A DNA stretch of 64,000 nucleotides from Felis catus (GCF_018350175.1 NC_058382.1:54066001-54130000); one strand, 5' to 3'; numbered from the stretch's first letter, positions 25,085 to 37,369 are shown. Made by a program: numbers and translations. The notes: a model not told the origin generated them from the letters alone.

Positions 25085-25673
25085 CTGTGAATATTTTCAG
25101 TGTTCTCATGTTCTAAACAGACAAGGTTCCCTGGCCTATTGCCCACCAACAATGGGTTCCTCCAGCCTGTGTCCACTTCTGGTCTGTTTTACAGACTTCT
25201 CCAAGCTCTAGGAGTACACGGGCCCCACGCTTCCTCCCAGCTACTGCAAAGCTCAAATTAGTCACTCCGTGGGCCCCTTCCGAGGCATATCAGAGACCAG
25301 CTGTGCAAGGACCTGTCACCTTCTTGTCAGTGAAAGTTTTCCGTCCAAAGAACTTTCGTCATCGCTCCTTTCTCAAGTAGCTGGATGTCACTTGAAGAGA
25401 CAGCTGAAGTCACTCACAATGGCTGGTCTCAAATCAGCGCTCACTGGCCTTGTCAGTGAAAGCCTCACCCCGCAGCGAAAACTGTCACTGATCATGTTTA
25501 GATATGTACACGGAGGTATTAGATTAGAAGACAGAATGCACGAGATAGGAGTTTAAAAGAGGCCAAGTTGCAAGGGAAATCTTAATAGGAAGCAGTGAAG
25601 GCTTACGGTTGGAGGTGGTAGGGGGCATCTTTTTCCAAAACCCAATTCCTACTTCCCAACAAAACCAGCAAGA

Positions 25674-25687
25674 GCACGCGTGTGTGT

Positions 25688-25728
<41 letters not shown>
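25674..25728. repeat. Compound (TG)n/(CA)19 microsatellite
   Basis: GCACGCGTGTGTGTGCG(CA)19. Confidence 0.95.
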
Positions 25729-25731
<3 letters not shown>

Positions 25732-26024
25732 AACAGCCTGTATGTACACACGATGCTCCTCACACAGAGGATATGCGCTCCACTGACCCACATGCTTCAG
25801 AAATACCTGGACCTTGACAGGACATCAGTAGCTAGTCGCTTTGTCCAGATTATTATGGGTAGTTTTCATCTTCATATCAAAACACAGCTAAAATAACCTT
25901 AGAAAATAAATATTCGCTCAAAACACTAGATTATCTTTTGGAGTTAAAAAAAAAAGGAGAATGAATCCACTTGTTAAACCAGTTGTATTTGTTGCCTTTC
26001 TCTGCATGTGTTCTTTATTTAGGG

Positions 26025-26220
26025 CAGAGTTTCTCAACCTCAGCACTGCTGACATTCTGGACTGGATCATTCTTTGTTTGGGTGTGGGTGGGGACAGTCT
26101 GGTGCTTGATAGGATGTCTAACAGCACCCCTGGTCTCTACCCAGTAGATGCCAGGGGCACTCCCCCAGTCATTGCCAAATGTCCCCTTGGGGCAACATCG
26201 CCCCTGGTTGAGAACCACTA
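26025..26220. mobile_element. MER20 hAT-Charlie MITE
   Basis: TIRs CAGAGTTTCTCAACC / GGTTGAGAACCACTA; 8-bp TSD ATTTAGGG/ATTTAAGG. Confidence 0.9.
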
Positions 26221-26459
26221 ATTTAAGGATTCTAATAAATGCTACCTTCAATATTACTATGGCAGAATAATTGGCTAATTATTAATTAATATGCAATGGC
26301 TGGGGAATGAATGTTGTGCTTCCATTTTGGGTAGCTTTATTTTGGACTCCTGTTTCTGCTAATCAACGTATTTATGATTAAATACACTGATTGCATCCAT
26401 AGTATTTAGGTGGCTGACAATCATTTCTGCAACTGCTCTGCCTACACCATCGGAGCGAG

Positions 26460-26692
26460 CAGCAAGGGTAGAAGAGGGCGTGGGCTTTCAGAGCAAACAG
26501 ATTAGATGTGCATTCCAACGTGCTACTAAGTGCAGAATCTGGGGCTGTTTTCTCACCTTCTCTATATTGGAGGTTTCGCCACTAAAAAAATGGAAATTTT
26601 AGTAGTTATCCCACAGGCAAGTTGAGCATTTTATAAAAGGTGGTTATATTCCAGAAGGTACTAACACACAATGGATGCTCAATAAATGTTGC
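26460..26692 (+). mobile_element. MIR
   Basis: GAGGGCGTGGGCTTTCAGAGCAAACAGA...GGATGCTCAATAAATGTTG. Confidence 0.65.
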
Positions 26693-27952
26693 TTTACCCA
26701 AAGAATGTACTTTGCTCTAATCAGGCCTTGCCCTATGTTGAAAAGCAAGTCCAGGTTTCCTCTGTGAGGGAGACCAATCTAGCTAAATAAGGTGCAATGA
26801 TAATACTGCCCTGCTTATATAGCTTCCTGTTTTTCATGGAGTTTTAAATTGTCTTTATCAAATCCTTAAGTATTTCTGGTGTCTCAAGGAAAGATCAAAG
26901 ATTTTCTCCCCAAAATGCCTCTTTTCTAGAGGCTTCCATCATTCTGTTTCACTCTAAACAAATGATGCGGGGGAAACAAACACAGCCCTGCTACATCTGC
27001 TACATCCCAGGCCTTAACCTTCGTTACCCGTTTAAGTTGGATGCGCTGTTCCCTCGATCTCTCGTTCCCCTCCCCCTCATTTTACTGGCACATATCCTGT
27101 GTGAGAAGCTAGAGTTTTAATGCACATACAATGGTATGAATTAGGGAGATAAATCAAACTGTACGAAATAGAAGTACAAAGACCCGAAACTGAATTTTTA
27201 ACAAATGGATCCAAAGGTCACACATATAAGGAGTGCTCATCATAAAACCATCACAGTAGGAGGCCACACATTTACAAGGATGCTGCCATAGCCCAAACTA
27301 CACTTACCCTTTCTTTGGAATATTATTTGAGTCTATGTCGTATACTTCAGAAACGTTCACAAAGGGAGAAAGATCTTAGCTGAGAAATAATCAAAAGTTT
27401 CAAAACCAAGAAGGGGTGAAGGACGAAGGTGTTAGCCTGGGACCTTCTTCTGTGATAGGGGACTGGTGAGGTTACATCCTGAATTTCCCACCACAGCACT
27501 CCTAAACTGGGGGACACATACCTCCACACTTGGGCCAAATTTGAGAGAGGAGAGGAATCCTCGAAAAAGCATGCATTTTCTTTAAAAGCTTGTTTGCTTT
27601 TAAAAAAATCACTTGCATGCTACTCCACAAATTATCATTTCAATATAAACATTTTTTCTGAGTTTTTTGAATCACATTTGAGGCTGACAAAGATACAAAG
27701 TACACACCATCACATAACCTTTCCTGTAACTCTTGGCAGGAGTCATAACCCAGATTGAAAAGCCCAGACCTAATAAGTCAAGGAAAAAGTAAAAAATTAC
27801 CAGTCTGCACACAGAGTCCAGCTGATACCAGAGCAGGGAAATTTAGAGAGGATCTGGTCATTCCCTACCTGCACTCATTTGCGTGGGATATTCTGCACTG
27901 TAGTGGCTTTAAAAGCCATCTATTTCCCGGAGACTCCCAACTTTATATTTCT

Positions 27953-28177
27953 TTTTATTTTAATGTTCATTTTATTTATTTTGAGACAGAGAGAGAGAGA
28001 GCAAGTGAGCAGGGGAGGGGCAGAGAGAGAGGGAGAGAGAGGATCCCAGGCCAGGCTCCAAGCTGCCAGCGCAGAGCCCGACGTGGGGCTCGAACTCATG
28101 AACCATTAAGATCATGACCAGAGCCGAAACCAAGAGTCGGATGCTTAACCAACTGACACCCCCCCCCCAGGTGCCCT
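27953..28177 (-). mobile_element. SINEC (shorter, older-type felid subfamily)
   Basis: Perfect 16-bp TSD CCAACTTTATATTTCT (27937, 28178). Confidence 0.95.
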
Positions 28178-28947
28178 CCAACTTTATATTTCTAGCGCAG
28201 ACCTCTCTCGTGAAACCTGCTCTACTCTACCTACTCAACACATCCACCAGGAATCCCACTTAGACATCCCACATACACCATGTCCAAAAGCAATCCCAGT
28301 CCTCAACCCCAAAGCCCACTCTTCTCATAACCTTCCCCATCTCAGCTGATGGCAGCATCTCCTACTAGCTGCTCTTGCTGAAAACCCTGGAGTTATCCCT
28401 TTTTTCTCTCTTTCTCTAGGACCTGAAACTCAGTCCAGCAGTCAATCCCGTTGGCTGTACCTTCAAAACAGATCTAGAGTCTGATCACATCTCCCTGCCT
28501 CTTCTGCTTCCACCCGGACCCAAGCTACCATCCTCTCTACACCGGTACTGCAACCACTGCCTAACTTCTACCGTGGTCCCTCTGCAGAAGCTCCTCATGA
28601 CAGCATCCTGGGTGGACCTTTCAAGACCTGAGTTAGATTCAGTCACTCCTGTTTAAGATGCTGTGTTGGGCTCCACTCCCCCATTTCCCTCGGGATAAAA
28701 TCCACACCCCTTGGATGGCCGTTCATGGCCTGAACTCTCTTAACCTCTGTGGCCTTATCCCCTACCATCTCCCCCATGATTGTTCCACTCCAGCCACTGC
28801 CTTCCTCTTGCTGTTCTTGGAACATACCAGCCACACCCTCACCTTAGAGCCCCTTGAAGGCTGTTTTCTTTGCCCGGAATACTCTTCCTCCAAGGTATTG
28901 CACATCTATCCCCCTCATCTACTTTAAGTCTTTGCTCAGATCTTATC

Positions 28948-29138
28948 TTTTTTAATGTTTATTTATTTTTGAAAGAGAGACAGAGTGGGGAAGGGGCAGA
29001 GAGACAGAGAATCCCAAGCAGGTTCCATGCTGCCATCGCAGGGCCAGACTCAGGGCTCAAACTCACAAACGATGAGAACGTGACCCAAGCCAAAATCACG
29101 AGTTGAACGCTTAACCGACTCAGCCACCCAGGCACCCC
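28948..29138 (-). mobile_element. SINEC with no visible TSD
   Basis: T-tail TTTTTTAATGTTTATTTATTTTTG through ...CTCAGCCACCCAGGCACCCC. Confidence 0.92.
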
Positions 29139-29699
29139 ACAGTCAATGCTCAATGAGTATGTGTCAAATAAATGCACTGAATGGCTCTAGAAGTGTTCCC
29201 ATACCTAAACACGAGATGGGTGTATTGAAGAGTCAGGATCGGCCAGATAAACACAATGGCAGGTCAAGGAAATGAGGCTGTCAGAACCGATGCTGAAATA
29301 ACTACACAGGGGGTCACCACTGAGCAACACCAATATCAACATTTATATGGCACTTTGTAGTTCACAAAGAGAATCAGTGGCCCAGGAGAAGAGGGTGGAG
29401 ATGAGGAAGTGAAGATAACTAAGAGGACAATGAGCACACTCAGAGGGAAGTGAAGGCTCAGGGTAGGGTGGAAATAGGGGTTGTGGATAGAAAAGGCCAC
29501 TTGCAACCAATTAAAAAACACCAACAAATGAAAATGGTAGAACTAGCCAATAAAACGTATCACTAAATACATCAAGGGAAGTCTTAAAAGTATTTTGGGT
29601 TCTTGGTAAAAGGGAGTATAATTGGAATTGAATATTTTCAGAATGTAAAACATAAATAGCCAGTTATCCTTTTCATTATATAAAAAAAGTTCACCTTGA

Positions 29700-30180
29700 A
29701 TAATGATCAAAACATGCTGATTAAAACAAAAATATAATACTATATTCACATATCATCATAGGAAAGACGTTAAAAAGAACAACGCGCAATTGTTTAGGGA
29801 GTTAAGACAGATATCCTCACCCTCAAAATAGAATATGTATCAGACAATCCTTCCTGGAGAAATTTACAACATGAGTTGAGACCTTTAAACCACTAATATG
29901 CTTTGGCCAGGAGTTCTACTTTTAGGAATCTATGCCAAGAAAAAATCAGAAATGTAGACAGAGATTTATGTATAAAGATTCAGTGTAATGAAAAACTTTT
30001 CTAAAAACCCTAAATATTCTAATGATTATATAAATTATGGCATTTCTATATAGCCGAATGTTATGCAACCATCGGTAATTACATTTATGTACAATGTTAA
30101 CGACATGGAAATGCTCATGATATAAGGTCAAATGAACTGAAATAGGGACATTATATATGACATATGGTATCAACTAATAT
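29700..30180 (+). mobile_element. Ancient L1ME fragment
   Basis: TTCTACTTTTAGGAATCTATGCCAAGAAAAAATCAG...ATAAATTATGGCATTTCTATA...ACATGGAAATGCTCATGATATA. Confidence 0.65.
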
Positions 30181-30498
30181 TATACAAACTCATTTCAAAC
30201 CAATTCAAGAGTGGATTTCTCTTTTCATTTAATCTCCATTTCATTAGGGTTATCAAAAAAGTTTATTAGATTTTTTTAAAGAAAAGCAAAAACAGCCATC
30301 TTTTTTTAATGCAGAGAGAAATAAATGTTCAAATTATATAACTTAGCACGGTTGTGCACATAGACCATAAAGATTATTTTCTTATGCTTAATGGTTCACC
30401 ACACAGCTTTGCATAAAAATCATTTTCTATTTGAATGCATACTCCTCTGCTCTGGTCTCAGTTTCCTAGTTTTTCAAATGAAGCATAGTCTGTCTAGA

Positions 30499-30704
30499 TT
30501 AAAGGTCAGCAAACCTTTTCTGTAAAGAGTCAGATAGTAAATATTTTAGGTTTTGTGGGCCAGATGGTCTCTTTTACAACTATTCAAGCCACTGTTGGAG
30601 CATGAAAGCATCACATAGCCATGGCCATGTTCCAATAAAACTTTATTTATAAATCCAGGCAACAGGTCAGATTTGGCCCGTGGGCCATAGTTTGCCAACC
30701 CCTG
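30499..30704. mobile_element. MER58A hAT-Charlie MITE
   Basis: GTCAGCAAACCTTTTCTGTAAAGAGTCAGATAGTAAATATTTTAGG...GTTCCAATAAAACTTTATTTA...GGGCCATAGTTTGCCAACCCCTG. Confidence 0.92.
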
Positions 30705-30794
30705 GGCCAAATTATTGCTAGTCTCTGATCAGTTGACAGCTCAGACCCTGATGCAGAGTTTTAAACACCTGCAGTACCTGAGAAGATACACTGT

Positions 30795-31030
30795 GTACCA
30801 CTGTGGGAATGCCACGGGATTTTGAGTTGGAAAAATCTGGTTCAAGACCTAACTCACTTCCTGGTTGTATCTCTCATTACATCATACTTCCATAATACGA
30901 GTTTTGGTGTCCTCTTTTGTAAAGTGGAATAGTAGGACCTACTTCACAGCATCATTCTGTGACTTAAATGAGATATCTGAAGTCCAAGTTCAAGCCCAAA
31001 ACTCAAGATTTGGCAAATACAGAGTTCTCA
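30795..31030 (+). mobile_element. MIR
   Basis: TTTGAGTTGGAAAAATCTGGTTCAAGACC...TTTGTAAAGTGGAATAGTAGGACCTACTTCACAG...TTAAATGAGATA. Confidence 0.65.
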
Positions 31031-31066
31031 ACGACTGGCAGATCCTTATTAGAAGAATAAGTGGGC

Positions 31067-31117
31067 GAAGAAGAAGAAGAAGAAGAAGAAGAAGAAGAAG
31101 AAGAAGGAGAAGAAGAA
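31067..31117 (+). repeat. (GAA)13 GGA (GAA)3 trinucleotide repeat
   Basis: Read directly from the sequence. Confidence 0.95.
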
Positions 31118-31202
31118 GGCGGCAGTACAGAACCCCCAGGCACTGAGTGATTCAGAGCCCATGGTGTAGACAGGGGGCAGTGCTGATTCTGCGTCAAGAA
31201 AC

Positions 31203-31615
31203 AAGTCAGGATAAGCTAGGTTATGACACAGTATGAATCACTCCCGAGTCTCAGTGACTTAAAACAATGAGGTTTGTTTCTAGCTCATGCTACTTGTCCA
31301 CAGCTAATCATCTGGGGGCTCTGCTCTATACTGTTGCCCTTCTAGGATCCAGGACTGATACAGCAGCCACCATCTGGAGCTTTGCTGACTGTAAGGGCAG
31401 ACAGAAAAAGAGGCTGGCTGAATTGTGCCCTGGCTCTTAAAAGTTCCACCTGAAGTGATCATCTGTCCCACTCCCATGTAATTCAGCAGAGCAAGTTACA
31501 TAAGCATGTCTAACCCAAGGGGGTAGTGGGAATTAAAAATGCTAGCTACTTTGTTGCTAGAATGGGATCAGGGAGATCTGGAAAGATCTGGTTCACTTCA
31601 CTAATAACTACCATA
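31203..31615 (-). mobile_element. MLT1I/J-like MaLR solo LTR
   Basis: AGTCAGGATAAGCTAGGTTATG...CTCAGTGACTTAAAACAA...TTTCTAGCTCATGCTAC...GGCTCTTAAAAGTTCCACCTGAAGTG. Confidence 0.75.
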
Positions 31616-31937
31616 GCAAATAGAATAATAGCAGTTAACATTCACATGCATTTGGCATAACCTAACACAGTGCCAACTGCTTTACCGACAACTTGGGGAA
31701 ACCAAGTCAGAGTGATAAAAACAGAGCCAGAGTGAATGGACCAAGATATTTGGCCTATAGTAAAGCAAAATCAGGGAGACAATGTTTCTAACAAGACTTA
31801 CTTTTCCTAAATGTTTTCATCAACTCTCCCTATCATCCTCCCTCTTATAGCTGGGCCTTACCACCCCCAAGAAGGCTGTGATTTGACTCCATAGTCTAAA
31901 ATCATTTCTAATTCTGTGAACCCTCAACACAAATATT

Positions 31938-32302
31938 GTTGTAATTGAATGTTCCCACAAATTCATATGCTGAAGCCTTAACCCCATGTAACTCCAGGAG
32001 ACAGGGCCTTTCAGGAGGGGACTAAGGTTAAATGAGGTCATGAAGGTGGGGTCCTGGTCCCATAGGACTGGGGCCCTTGGAGGAAGAGGAAGGGACACCA
32101 GAGCTCCCTCTCCTCCAGATGAGGACACAAAGAGAAGAGTGCACTCTGCCAGCAAGGAAGACAGCCCTCACCAGAAACTAAACCATGACAGAAACTTGAA
32201 CTTAGACTTTCAGCCTCCATAACTTTGAGGGAAAAAAAAATCTGTAGTTTAGGCCACCCAACCTATGGTATTTAGCTGTGGTAGCTGGAGATGATTAATA
32301 CA
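31938..32302 (+). mobile_element. MLT1A-like MaLR solo LTR
   Basis: AAATTCATATGCTGAAGCC...TAAGGTTAAATGAGGTCATGAAGGTGGGG...GACTTTCAGCCTCCA...CTATGGTATTT...TAATACA. Confidence 0.88.
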
Positions 32303-32429
32303 AAGATCTAACGCAGACAGTCCTTCTCTCTGAATTTGGTTTTCCAATATGAACTAAGCTTATTCAAAACTACATTATGATATTCAAACACAGGTCTTTG
32401 GAAACCCAAAGCTAAGGTTAGGTTGCTAC

Positions 32430-32600
32430 GAGAAAGACACAGCCCTTGAAATCAGAAAGACTTATGGTCAAACCCAACTCCACTTATCATGTGGCCTTGA
32501 GGAAGTTGTATAAACTCTCTGGGCCCCACCTTCCCCATCTGTAAGAGGGGTAATCATCTCTCTCTCATGGGACACCTGTCTCTTTCATGTGTAGGGACAT
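32430..32600 (+). mobile_element. MIR
   Basis: TGTGGCCTTGAGGAAGTTGTATAAACTCTCTGGGCCCCACCTTCCCCATCTGTAA. Confidence 0.75.
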
Positions 32601-32671
32601 GAAGTATGGGGCCAGGTTCTGTTTTCTCTCCCTTCCCTCCCTCACCCTGGTCTTCATTGTCATAGCTCAAG

Positions 32672-32674
<3 letters not shown>

Positions 32675-32706
<32 letters not shown>
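32675..32706 (+). repeat. (GA)16 microsatellite
   Basis: Read directly from the sequence. Confidence 0.95.
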
Positions 32707-32710
<4 letters not shown>

Positions 32711-33339
32711 CTTTGGACCCAGGAAGTCACTCACATGAAACATGCTAAGGGGAGGTTAATCGTGGCACATTTTTCCCACACTGCCCACCCGACCCGTGCA
32801 GGGGCTAAGCTGAATTTGTGGGGCTGAGAACTCATGCCTGAGGCTAACCGGAATGTGGGGGCAGGTGGAGGTGAACAAGGAAGATACAGCATGTGGGGAA
32901 TATGAAAGTTTGTCTGAACTCAGGCAGATGGATGGCATGAAGTGATTTGGCAGTCACTCTTGTGTCTCTACTGCCTTGGATTTTGTTGGGGTTGGAAGAG
33001 GTGACAAGAATTACATGCAAGGCCTGCTTTACCAATGTCCTGGACTCCATGTAAGAATGTGAGTGGCCTCACCTCAGAGCTCTCAGAGAAAGGATCTACT
33101 ACTCATCCATTCTCTTGTGAAGAGCACCCTGGGGTTAATCACAAGATCGCTCTAGAACCATATGGCCTGGCACATGGTAAATGCTCAACAAATATTCCCC
33201 TTTCTCTCTTTTCCTGCCTCACTATATCCCCAAGGTTTCGGGAATCTCAAAAGTAAACATAATTAAGGTGACAAATCTGCACCTAAAGAGGAGGAGGAAG
33301 AGGAGAGGCAGCCAATGTGTAGCAAGAAACTTGGAACGG

Positions 33340-33530
33340 TTCCAAGTGTTCCCCACATTCTCTCATTTATACCTCACAGCCTCCAGTGGGGAAGGTGTAC
33401 TAGGCTCAATGTACCAATGAGAAAACCAGGAGGTCAGAAAGAGAGGTGACTTGGCCCCAACCCACAGTCCTAGGTGACTGGGTTGATGTTCACACGTGAC
33501 CAAGTTTGCCCTGGCTCCAAACTCCACAGT
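33340..33530 (-). mobile_element. MIR
   Basis: TCTCATTTATACCTCACAGCC...ATGAGAAAACCAGGAGGTCAGAAAGAGAGGTGACTTGGCCCCAA. Confidence 0.65.
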
Positions 33531-33699
33531 CCCTCACCTAGCATCTTGTGAATGTACCTGGGGCCTAGAGTCTGGCCTGGCCTGTTGCATTCCATGCAAC
33601 AACCCCTCGCACGAATTAGCCAGAAAAGGACAAAATCCCAGAATATTTGGACCCTGCATTCCCACTCACTGGGTTTAGACCTGAGAGGAAAACATTTGC

Positions 33700-34900
33700 A
33701 GGAGTGATACAGGGACCCACGGACAAGGGATGAGCAGGAATGGACTCGGCAGTAGAGACGGGGACTCTCGTAAAGCCTCTGCTAGCAACGTCCTCTGAGA
33801 TGTTGATCAAGTGCCTGGGCCTCGGCAGCCCCTTCCACAATGTGAGAGGGTGGCCGAACAAAGGACACACCGGTCCCCACCTCCAACATTTTATCACTGG
33901 CACGGTCTTGACCCGCGGAGCTGCAATCCTTGGAACCTGCATTTTCGAGAAGACTGGCTCAAGTCACAACTCTGTGCGCGCGTCCCCACAGCCAAAACAA
34001 CAGAAGCAACGGACTTCCTTAAGAAAGCTGAATGGAGACCGGGCCAAATACAGGCCCCCATAAAGAGAAGCACTCCGGCCAAACGGAAAATCACATTCCG
34101 CAAGTTCCAGAAGGGGAGGAGAGGGGAGGAAGCCGCTGCTTCCAATAAGGACTTCATTCCAGAAATCCCACATAACGGCCTCACAGGCACCCTGGTGTGA
34201 TAAAGAGATGACTATTTCGGGTGAGAGAATCCAGCCCTCCTCGGGGAGTGGTGGGTGGAGAACGAGGCAAGGGCTCTTTCCAAGACAAGTTGAGTTCAAC
34301 TCTTTACACAGGAATATTGACTCTTCCGTTTCCAGCGTAATGACTTTAACCTGGCGAATACTCGGTCTTTGCCAAAAACCTGTCGGTGTTCGGTGTGTTT
34401 TCAATTGGAAAATGGCAGGAAAACAGAGAAGCAGATTCTTTATTAGAGCCTGGAGTTCACACCAGTATCTGGTCCCTCAGTGCCCCGGCTGCCAACATAA
34501 GGGAGCATTCGCCCTGCCTCAGAAACTCAGAATTCGGGATCAGAGGACACCAAAGCAAATTTGTTTTTTCTCAGTCAATTTCCAGATTAAAAAAAAAAAA
34601 AAAAAGGAAAACTGCTTTTCCATTTTCATTTTTTGAAAGAGAGTATAAGCAACCCCCTTAGGTTTGCATCATCCCCTCCCCTAAGTCCGCCCCCCCTGTG
34701 CACCCTCCCCTCACATGGTCCCGTGGGCGGGGTGGAACACGACTTCCAGGTCGTGTCCTTCTGGGAGGACACCTAGTCCCGTGGCATCGCCATGTCTTCC
34801 CGTGTCTGTCTCCTCCTAATTTATAAGCCCCTCCGACCTTCCTTCTTCCTTCTTTCTCTCTGTTAAGCATTGGACAAAATACCACATAATGGGAAGACCA
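33700..34900. promoter_or_regulatory. CpG-richer unique block with GC boxes and a TATA-like element
   Basis: CCGCCC (about 34687), GGGCGGGG (about 34725), ATTTATAAG (34819-34827); repeat-free with visibly more CpGs than flanks. Confidence 0.35.
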
Positions 34901-35291
34901 CGAGCTCCGAAGTCAGAAAGAGCCTGTTTAACCTCAGCCCCATCATCCGTAACTCCGGGCTGCGTGGTTTCACATCTCTGTGACTTTCCCACCGTGTCAA
35001 ATAGAATACGAAGGACTTCATCACAGGCCCCTTTTGTGGACTAAATGAGAAAATGCACACGAGGAGCCTAACATCTTGACCTGCTCTTTTATTTGTCCTT
35101 CTAGGCACAGAACCAGGCACTGCCTCTGCCCTCAAGGAGCCAGGCTTCTGCGGAAAGATGGTCATCATGGCTCAGAGTGTCACGCTCCAGCACAGGGCGT
35201 GCAGACAAACTGCGAGAAACTGAGGAGAGCTCTTCACGGGGCAAGGAACCTATTAGCAGACGAACGAATCCATCTAAAAAGGTATCATTTG

Positions 35292-35485
35292 GGGGCACCT
35301 GCGTGGCTCAGTCGGTTGGGCGTCTCACTCCTGATCTCAGTTCAGGTCACAATCTCACGGTCGGTGCGTTTGAGCCCTGCCTCAGGCTCTGTGCTGAAAC
35401 AGAGGAGCCTGCTTGGGATTCTCTCTCTCTCTGCCCCTCCCTTTCTCTCTGTCTCTAAAAATAAATAAATAAACTTAAAAAAAAA
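35292..35485 (+). mobile_element. SINEC (shorter, older-type)
   Basis: 17-bp TSD TAAAAAGGTRTCATTTG (35275, 35486; one mismatch). Confidence 0.93.
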
Positions 35486-36068
35486 TAAAAAGGTGTCATT
35501 TGGTTTGCTTAAAACCTTTCATAATCATTACTTGGATTGAAAATAACAACACACAAAGAGAAAACAAAGAAAGTGCACAGAAAAGGAGGATAAATGGGAG
35601 AAAAATTATTACATACATATATTTACATATGTGCATATATATAAACTTATTTTGTTGTTTTCTTTTGTTTTCAAGCAAAGGAGAGAACTATGATTGCTCC
35701 TTCTGCATGAATCAGGGGAGCCACAAAGCCACAAGCACACGCTCACGTATCGCACAGCCGTGAGTCCCTGACACAAGGATGCCTCCCCTACTCAGCTCCC
35801 TTACAGGACTTCTCTTTCACAAACCATGCAGCGAAAATTAGGCAACATAAGAAGAAAGAATTTTGTAGTTGTTGCTGTAGAACCAGTACAGAGTGATTGC
35901 ACAAAGATTTACACACACACACACGTATACGCATTCACATTCACATTCACATTCATATGTACTGTAGTCCCTGATGGAGCTGTCTTCAGAGTTGTGGCAC
36001 CTGTTAGAGGGGCCCTGGGGGCAGAGTTTAGGGCACACCACCCACTGATATCCGCAGAACGTCTAGAA

Positions 36069-36260
36069 CAGAGGCCAGCAAAGTTGTTTTGTAAAAGGTC
36101 AGAGAGTAAATGTTTTAGGCTGTGTGGGCCTGAAGGTTTCTGATGCAACTTCTCAGCTCTGCCACTGTAGCATGAGAAGTATGCTACCATGTACAGAACA
36201 CATGTTCCAATAAAGCTTTATTTACAAAACGGGAGGTGGGCTATAATGTGCCCACCTCTG
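36069..36260. mobile_element. MER58A
   Basis: CAGAGGCCAGCAAAG...GTAAATGTTTTAGGCTGTGTGGGCC...TGTTCCAATAAAGCTTTATTTACAAAA. Confidence 0.85.
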
Positions 36261-36313
36261 GCTTAGCTGAACATACCATGAATGAAAGTCCTCAGGAAGG
36301 CAAGTGATGCAAA

Positions 36314-36315
<2 letters not shown>

Positions 36316-36353
<38 letters not shown>
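36316..36353 (+). repeat. (CA)19 microsatellite
   Basis: Read directly from the sequence. Confidence 0.95.
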
Positions 36354-36356
<3 letters not shown>

Positions 36357-37369
36357 CCCCCAGTGAAAACCAGACTTCATTTTCAGTGGTCCACGCTATT
36401 CTATCTTCGTAAATGTTTCTGCTTTAATGAGCACTGTCCAATAAAATAATGACTACGGATAATTAGATTAGGTGAAATTCCCATTTCTTCCCAAATAAGC
36501 TTTATGCGATGGCCAATTCCACCTGGTCTCTGGCTCCTATTTCAGAGAGAGATCCAGAACAGAAGTTACACAGACACGTCAAAGCAAGGTACTAAAGCGG
36601 GGATAGGGTGGTGTTCTATTCATGTAAAGTACCCTGGATCACACACAATCAGCAAATGATTTATTAAAGGCTACAAGACAAATACCGATAAACTCTTCAA
36701 ACAGAGAGGCGCATGACATATGCACAGGAGGAGAGAATCGGAAAGATTAATAGGAAAGCAGACAGGCTACAAATACAGAAAACCTTCTCCACCTGTGGGG
36801 AGGATCCTGGAGAAAGCACTTCCAGTCTCCAAACAGCCTTCCAAACTACGGTAATAAAATACACTTCTAATAACAAAAGCCGTTTCACACTACTTTTCCC
36901 CCTAGGTTTTGAGACCTAATTCATGAGTCCTTCCACCGTCCAGACCTACGCTTGTACAGTCTATTCTCAGTAGGCATCTTCAAGACAGAGAGGCTCCGCT
37001 TCTCCCGGCTGAATCTTAATGACCAAGCGAATCTTAACACGCAGCCACGGGGCTGGGAGGTTTTGCTGACACCGACGTACATCCTGTCCCCTCCAGTCGC
37101 CCTCTCTCCCCGGCTGAGCTGGGTCTTTCAGGGATCAGCGCCTGCATTTAACTCAGTGCTCTGCTCAGCTGCGCGCTCCAACCTTGCCCTTTCTTACAGC
37201 TTCTGCAGAGATCCAAGATGTCTTCTGGGAATTTTAGCAACTTGGGGAGGTCACACTCCAATTATGCCTTCCTCTTGTGATTTTTTTTTCCTCCACGCCC
37301 TGCCTCGTCCTTCTCCCCACCTCACACCAGGGAGCACACACTCAACCACACTTGATTGCTAGGCAGCCA

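Larger units (their letters stand above)
27875..29183 (+). mobile_element. L2 (L2a-like) 3' region interrupted by two SINECs
   Basis: CTTCCCCATCTCAGCTGATGGCAGC, AAAACCCTGGAGTTATCC, CACTCCAGCCACTGCCTTCCTCTTGCTGTTCTTGGAAC; L2 terminus GCTCAATGAGTATGTGTCAAATAAATG. Confidence 0.85.

Noticed and set aside
31160..31185. CTCF-like AGACAGGGGGCAGTG
   Set aside because: Lacks the 5' CC of the core; weak match.
30865..31197. Poly-Arg (protamine-like) and poly-Ser ORFs
   Set aside because: Produced by the (GAA)n microsatellite adjacent to a MIR.
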